Source: a bacterium (lineage in GTDB: Bacteria; UBP15; UBA6099; JAJRTR01). Taken from it: a DNA stretch of 44,660 bases. The stretch covers positions 1 to 44,660 of the forward strand of contig JAJRTR010000197.1 of NCBI GenBank assembly GCA_024278215.1. Direction: 5' to 3'. Shown in pieces: positions 39,273 through 44,660 of this stretch; the first letter of the stretch is position 1; each line of letters begins with the position of its first letter. A program made the position numbers and the translations under genes. Under the pieces are notes generated by a model. It saw only the letters and a list, made by a program, of their open reading frames with translations. It had not been told where the DNA came from and did no database searches.

Positions 39273-40256
39273 ATGAAAGAAACTGGGATTTCAGAGAAAC
39301 TGGTGAAAACCGATTGTCCTCTCTGCGGAAGCGGTGATTTCACCATAATACTCCGTGCGCGTGACTGGTTTTATGGTGCGCCTGGTGTGTTTACTGTCTC
39401 CAGATGCAATAACTGTTCTCTTGTCATGCAGAATCCACGTCCGGGACCTGAGAAGATGGCGGATTTCTATCCCGATGATTACGAGCCGCATATCATGGCG
39501 GCGAGCGGAGCTGACCTAGATAATATAATCGCAGGTCAGGAATCCCGCAGGGAATTACTGGAAAGATTCACAGCGCGGGGAAGAAACCTCGATGCAGGCT
39601 CGGGAGACGGAAGGTTCATGTTATGTCTGAAGCGGGCCGGATGGGATGTCGAGGGCTGTGAGTTCGTGGAGAGAATGGCGAACTATCAGCGCGATGTGCT
39701 GGGGTTGAACGTGAAAGGATGCGACCTCATCACTGCGAAATATCCGGAGAATAGATTTGACTCAGTTACATTCTGGAGTGTTCTCGAACATCTGTATAAT
39801 CCTGTCGCAACACTGACAGAAGTCAACCGCATACTGAAACCCGGCGGTGTCGCTGTTGTGGGTGTTCCCAACTTTCATTCTCTTGAAAGATTGTTCTTCG
39901 GTCAGTACTGGTATGCGCTCTCAGTGCCGTACCACCTGTTTTTCTTCACGCCGCGGACTATGAAAAAGATTGTGGACAAGGCGGGCCTGGTGATAGAGCG
40001 GACCTTTTTTTCAACTACTGCTACAAGTACTATTAAAAGTACAAAGAAGATTATAAATATCGTTTCGGGACAAAACGCGGCTGAGGATTCCAGTTCCGAG
40101 AAACTGACCATCTCTGATGAGCCTGTCACAAAGAGTCGCGATATTGCTGGTTTGAAAAAGATTTTTTTCAACAATGTTGTTTGTCCCGTATTGAAGATAT
40201 TTGATATTCTTCATGTTGGTGGAACCACCAATTACATTATCAGAAAACCACTTTAA
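39273..40256 (+). CDS. Class I SAM-dependent methyltransferase with an N-terminal Zn-binding domain (glycan-locus type)
   Basis: CPLC...CNNC.L...NPRP, LDAGSGDG, FDSVT.W.VLEHL, LKPGG, VPNF.S, P.HLFFFT. Confidence 0.88.
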   Translation: MKETGISEKLVKTDCPLCGSGDFTIILRARDWFYGAPGVFTVSRCNNCSLVMQNPRPGPEKMADFYPDDYEPHIMAASGADLDNIIAGQESRRELLERFTARGRNLDAGSGDGRFMLCLKRAGWDVEGCEFVERMANYQRDVLGLNVKGCDLITAKYPENRFDSVTFWSVLEHLYNPVATLTEVNRILKPGGVAVVGVPNFHSLERLFFGQYWYALSVPYHLFFFTPRTMKKIVDKAGLVIERTFFSTTATSTIKSTKKIINIVSGQNAAEDSSSEKLTISDEPVTKSRDIAGLKKIFFNNVVCPVLKIFDILHVGGTTNYIIRKPL

Positions 40257-40360
40257 CCGAACTGCTATGTCAATACGCATAGATTCTGTTGAAACGTAAG
40301 AATATCACAGTGCAAAAAATATATCTTCCAGCGAGAAAATCAACGATGTTTCATGTATGC

Positions 40361-40615
40361 TTTTCCACGTCATTTATGCCTTTTTGTTTTTCCACATTCA
40401 CAAGTGTATTTTTCACAAACATTTCACATGATTCCAACAAATATTCCACATGGCACTAAGCCGGAAATATGACGATAGTTTTACGGTATACTGGAGAATA
40501 CCTGCATAAACGCCTTAATATGGAGAATATAAGAGAATCAGGGGTGTAATATTAAGGTAATTCGACTACAACACGATATACGGTTTTATGCCAAAACACA
40601 ACACATTGTGGATAA
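40361..40615. promoter_or_regulatory. Cluster of DnaA-box-like 9-mers
   Basis: TTTTCCACG 40361, TTTTCCACA 40388, TTTTTCACA 40409, CATTTCACA 40420, TATTCCACA 40442, and a perfect reverse box TGTGGATAA at 40607. Confidence 0.55.
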
Positions 40616-40642
40616 CTATTTGGGGTATACAATATATAGTAT
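40596..40642. promoter_or_regulatory. Tandem NrdR boxes
   Basis: ACACAACACATTGTGG (40596) and ATACAATATATAGTAT (40627) match the acaCwAtATaTwGtgt consensus. They are 31 bp apart and upstream of an RNR gene. Confidence 0.8.
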
Positions 40643-40659
40643 TTTTTTAAAATGCACTA

Positions 40660-40688
40660 TTGACATTATGGTGCTGCTGATTTATGAT
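40660..40688 (+). promoter_or_regulatory. Sigma70 promoter of nrdJ
   Basis: TTGACA-N17-TATGAT directly downstream of the NrdR boxes. Confidence 0.7.
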
Positions 40689-40913
40689 GGATTCGTCAGG
40701 GAATCGGGACGGAAAAAGTTTACCCGCACAAGACCATTCAAATAACTGATAGTGAAAGAATCGTGTCTTCATTATAAGGGTATTATGTGTAAATAATTAT
40801 ACTATTATTGATAATATATCGGAAGAAGAGAACGTCGATTTTGCGATGATAGATTTGCGATATTGCGGGAGATGTCGAAACGAACACTTAAATAGAATAA
40901 AGGGGCAGCGATA

Positions 40914-43394
40914 ATGTCGGACATCAGCAGAAATGAAGATCGAAGTAGTGAAATTACGGAAGTAACAAGTGATGTAGTAAGCGATATGTTTTCGGAACTT
41001 ATAGAAGTTGACAGTGAGCAGAAAGCAGCTCCAAAGAAAAAGAAGAAAACGAAAGTGAAGAAGAAATCTGCAAAAAACGACCGGAGGAAATCGCCGGAAA
41101 AGGGGGAATTGAAAGAGGCTTCCGCATGTGCCGAGGATTTAAAGCCGAAGATAACAGCCAACGCAATGCGTGTGCTCGAGCGCCGCTATCTGAAAAAGGA
41201 CGAAAACAACAGGGTATGTGAGGAACCTGCTGAAATGATGAGGCGTGTGGCGCACAACATCGCGTCGGCCGATGTGCTGTATAATCCACATGCGAATGTG
41301 AAGGAAACGGAAGAGAAGTTTTACAGGATAATGGCGGCACTGGAATTTGTGCCGAATTCACCGACGTTGATGAATGCGGGAAGGGACCTCCAGCAGCTTT
41401 CCGCGTGTTTTGTTCTGCCGGTAGACGATTCGATGGAAGACATCTTCGACACGGTGCGAAACACCGCGCTGATCCACAAGTCAGGCGGCGGCACGGGATT
41501 CAGTTTCTCGAGGCTGCGCCCGAAGAACTCGCGTGTCAGGTCTACCCGCGGCGCATCGAGCGGCCCTGTTTCTTTCATGCAGGTGTTCAATGCCGCCACA
41601 GAAGTCATCAAACAGGGAGGAACACGCCGGGGCGCCAATATGGGTATCCTGCGCATCGACCATCCCGATATAATGGAATTCATAGAATGCAAGAAGGATA
41701 CAAAAAAACTAAATAATTTCAATATTTCAGTGGGAATCACCGACAAGTTCATGAAGGCGGTCAAAAGCGGCTCGAAATTTGATCTTGTAGACCCCCGCAA
41801 CGGACAGACGACGGCGGAACTGGATGCAAGAAAGGTATATCGAAAAATCATCGAGATGGCCCACAAAAACGGTGAGCCGGGTGTCGTGTTTCTGGATGTA
41901 ATCAACAAGTTTAATCCGACACCGCATGTGGGAGAAGTGGAAAGCACCAACCCGTGCGGAGAACAGCCTCTGTTACCTTATGAGTCGTGTAATCTCGGCT
42001 CGATAAATCTTTCATGTATGGTGAAAAACGGAGAGATAGATTATCCGAAACTGAAACATGTCGTTCATGCTTCGACACATTTTCTGGACAACGTGATCGA
42101 CATGAACAGGTATCCTATCGACAAGATCGACGCCATGACGAAAGCTAACAGGAAGATCGGGCTGGGTGTGATGGGATTCGCTGATATGCTGGTCCAGATG
42201 GGAATTTCTTACAACTCCGAAGACGCTGTAGATACAGCCGAGAGTGTCATGCGGTTCATACAGGTCGAATCGAAAAAGGCATCTGCGGAACTCGCGGCAT
42301 CGCGCGGCGCGTTTCCGAATTTCGAAGGCAGCGCTCTCGACATTCCCGGTGTTCCGAAAGTGCGCAATGCCACAACAACGACTATTGCACCTACCGGCAC
42401 TATTTCCATTATTTCAGGCTGTTCCAGCGGGGTCGAACCATATTTCGCTGTTTCCTACGTCAGGACGGTGATGGACAAAGACGAGTTGGCGGAGGTTAAC
42501 CCCTACTTCGAGAAAATAGCAAAGGAACGTGGATTCTATTCTGAAGAACTGATGAAACGCATTGCGAAAAAAGGTACGATCAAAGACTTCGAAGAGATTC
42601 CGCAGGAAGTCCGAGACTTGTTTGTAACATCCATGGACATCACGCCCGAGGACCATATCCGGATACAGGCAGCTTTCCAGAAATATACAGACAACGCTGT
42701 ATCCAAGACGGTGAACTTTCCGGCGGATGCGACAGTAGATGAAGTGGAACAAGTGTACAATATGGCTTATGAAAGCGGCTGCAAGGGGATCACAATCTAC
42801 AGGTACGGCAGCCGCGACGAGCAGGTGCTGACATTTGCGAAAGAAGAAAAAAGCGGGCGGGAAAAAACAGCGGCAGCCGTAGATGTAAAGACCGTAACGG
42901 CGCAACCGCGTGAAAGACCGTCGGTCACATTCGGTCGCACAGAACGTATACGCACCGGTTGCAGCAACCTTTATGTCACGCTCAATTCCGATGATAACGG
43001 GCTTTGCGAGATTTTTATGCAGATGGGAAAAGCCGGTGGATGCGCAGCGGCTCAGTCCGAGGCGATCTCAAGGCTGATCTCGTTGTGTCTCAGGTCCGGG
43101 ATCGAGATGGAAAAAATAAGAAAACACCTCAGGGGTATACAGTGCCACATGCCGACGTGGGAAAACGGGTCTATGATCCGCAGTTGCCCGGATGCACTTG
43201 CGATAGTGCTCGAGAGACACAGTCGCTGGATGGAAGCCGACAAGAATGCCGGCAGGAGTACACACACGAAAATCGAGAGGTCCGGCAAAGACCTTCTGAA
43301 TCTTGTCGGGTCATGTCCACAGTGCGGCGGCCCGGTCGAACATTCCGAGGGCTGCCCGAAGTGCAGAATCTGTTCGTGGTCTAACTGTACATAA
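40914..43394 (+). CDS. nrdJ: Adenosylcobalamin-dependent (class II) ribonucleotide reductase with C-terminal TSCPD and Zn-ribbon domains
   Basis: PNSPTLMNAG, SACFV, GGTRRGANM, TNPCGEQPL..YESCNLGS, TIAPTGT, DNAVSKTVN, TGCSNLYVT, SCPDA, CPQC...EGC..C..C.WS.C. Confidence 0.95.
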   Translation: MSDISRNEDRSSEITEVTSDVVSDMFSELIEVDSEQKAAPKKKKKTKVKKKSAKNDRRKSPEKGELKEASACAEDLKPKITANAMRVLERRYLKKDENNRVCEEPAEMMRRVAHNIASADVLYNPHANVKETEEKFYRIMAALEFVPNSPTLMNAGRDLQQLSACFVLPVDDSMEDIFDTVRNTALIHKSGGGTGFSFSRLRPKNSRVRSTRGASSGPVSFMQVFNAATEVIKQGGTRRGANMGILRIDHPDIMEFIECKKDTKKLNNFNISVGITDKFMKAVKSGSKFDLVDPRNGQTTAELDARKVYRKIIEMAHKNGEPGVVFLDVINKFNPTPHVGEVESTNPCGEQPLLPYESCNLGSINLSCMVKNGEIDYPKLKHVVHASTHFLDNVIDMNRYPIDKIDAMTKANRKIGLGVMGFADMLVQMGISYNSEDAVDTAESVMRFIQVESKKASAELAASRGAFPNFEGSALDIPGVPKVRNATTTTIAPTGTISIISGCSSGVEPYFAVSYVRTVMDKDELAEVNPYFEKIAKERGFYSEELMKRIAKKGTIKDFEEIPQEVRDLFVTSMDITPEDHIRIQAAFQKYTDNAVSKTVNFPADATVDEVEQVYNMAYESGCKGITIYRYGSRDEQVLTFAKEEKSGREKTAAAVDVKTVTAQPRERPSVTFGRTERIRTGCSNLYVTLNSDDNGLCEIFMQMGKAGGCAAAQSEAISRLISLCLRSGIEMEKIRKHLRGIQCHMPTWENGSMIRSCPDALAIVLERHSRWMEADKNAGRSTHTKIERSGKDLLNLVGSCPQCGGPVEHSEGCPKCRICSWSNCT

Positions 43395-43661
43395 TCTCAA
43401 ACCGATGTGCAGGTGCGCTACTATATTCAGTCATATCCCATTATTTTCAGCCCGCTGATTCTGCGATGGAAGTGAAGAAGCGAGGCCCCCGTTCATATTA
43501 TGGGGTGACATTCGGGAATCTCTTTTTCCAAAATGCACAAGTTCAGATATAATATCCGATATATGCAATTTGCTATTTAGTATGGATATACTGGAGCTTG
43601 TCTAAGGGCGGGAATAATAGAAAAAGAGGTAGAAGAACTGCTTTCGAAGAATGTTGAAATA

Positions 43662-44450
43662 GTGGATGTCGATCCACTCCAATATCAGAATATGCTGTGT
43701 ACCATGAAGGAATCCGGCAGGGTGTCCTTTAACTGTGAAGTGCCGACCCTGATTGTTTTTTATCACGAAAACAGGGCTGTTCACGTGGTGCATTCGAAAA
43801 AGGGACCACTGGAAAGTATCCGTTTCAGCGGTCCCGGCAAACTGGATTCGCTGGCTCGTGATTATGGCGTAGACCGGATTATATGCCTCGAAACCGGGGC
43901 GCTCCGCAGAGTTGCGGCAGATGCGCAGGCACGTATACGGTATGACCAGCCGTTGTGGGGCCAGTTGCTTGCGGCGCGCGCGGCGCTTGGGCGTGAGTGG
44001 GGATCGGGAATTCACCTGTATCCCGACCCGACGACCGCATTGCCTGATATTCCCGAGTTGGCACTCAAGTTGTTCCGCCGTCTGCTGCCGCCGAGTTTTT
44101 TCCTTGTCGTTGCCGCTTTCACAGGCGATACTGTGTGGACTTCTCTTATGGTGAAGGTGGAGGGCGGTGAGGTTACGACGATCACGACGACCGACTCGCT
44201 GGGACCGCTGGATATCAAGGACTTGAACATCGAAGAAAAGTCTACAAAGATAAGCCGGGTTATCACAGCGCGTTGGGGTGCCGCGACTGCCGGTTTCTAT
44301 ATGGAGCGCACGGCATTTCAACAAATTATTGCGCATCCGCGCCCTGTTTCGGCACTGGCCAGGCTCGTACACAGAAAATGGGTTGTTGTCACCCCATTCC
44401 CTTTGCGAATGAGGGTTTTGCTCGCTATTGGAAAGATGTTCAGGATGTAG
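43662..44450 (+). CDS. Hypothetical protein
   Basis: A 262-aa ORF, co-oriented with its neighbours and of protein-like composition. No family was recognised. Confidence 0.65.
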   Translation: MDVDPLQYQNMLCTMKESGRVSFNCEVPTLIVFYHENRAVHVVHSKKGPLESIRFSGPGKLDSLARDYGVDRIICLETGALRRVAADAQARIRYDQPLWGQLLAARAALGREWGSGIHLYPDPTTALPDIPELALKLFRRLLPPSFFLVVAAFTGDTVWTSLMVKVEGGEVTTITTTDSLGPLDIKDLNIEEKSTKISRVITARWGAATAGFYMERTAFQQIIAHPRPVSALARLVHRKWVVVTPFPLRMRVLLAIGKMFRM

Positions 44451-44526
44451 TGTCGTGTCAACGATGAAAAGACGTAAGATGGGTTAGCCCGCATATCTCA
44501 CGCATTTACAAGTGTGACATGACAGT

Positions 44527-44640
44527 GGGTTCTTATCGCGCCGCAGGCGACAACACATTGTCGCCAAGCAGATAATGTGGTGAACATGTAGCGTTCAGTC
44601 CCTGCGTTCCGGGTCGGAGCCTCGAAACGATGAAAAATCG
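44527..44640 (+). repeat. Dispersed intergenic repeat (hairpin module)
   Basis: CTTATCGCGCCGCAGGCGACAACACATTGTCGCC...GCGTTCAGTCCCTGCGTTCCGGGTCGG...AACGATGAAAA, homologous to 26110..26232 on the minus strand. Confidence 0.65.
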
Positions 44641-44660
44641 GTGTGGACGAGTGTGAGTAC

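Noticed and set aside
40696-40740. Possible cobalamin riboswitch in the nrdJ leader (AGGGAATCGGG...CCCGCA)
   Set aside because: Only a fragment resembles the motif. The GCAACTGT/GCCACTG and B12-box (AGYCAGRAGACCTGCC) elements are missing. An Rfam scan would settle it.

Overview
Bacterial chromosomal window from a flagellated, probably diderm organism. It carries hldD alongside Firmicutes-type markers (divIC-S1/yabR order, DUF5693, CheX, FapA). From left to right: the 3' end of a FapA (DUF342) gene; a pepT pseudogene disrupted by a MITE; archaemetzincin; a second FapA; an orphan amino-methyltransferase; a HEAT protein; acyl-CoA dehydrogenase; hldD; a minus-strand chemosensory cluster (RR-cheA-cheR-cheD-cheY-cheX-like-cheB-REC/HK-FapA/REC-cheX) with no MCP or CheW, whose CheA has two HPt domains and an MshEN-like motif; a secreted metallophosphoesterase; DUF5693; a TPR-SBP-histidine kinase operon; a five-gene RiPP-like cluster; a polysaccharide export/assembly locus interrupted by divIC and an S1 gene; and class II ribonucleotide reductase nrdJ, preceded by tandem NrdR boxes and a cluster of DnaA-box-like 9-mers. 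The RiPP-like cluster comprises PqqD/RRE, a radical SAM-SPASM enzyme, a 53-aa precursor with a lasso-type leader, a B12-dependent radical SAM enzyme and an HprK-like kinase, and is the best candidate for a new system. A modular ERIC-like MITE family occupies most long intergenic regions. All calls come from motif recognition by eye; no database searches were run.
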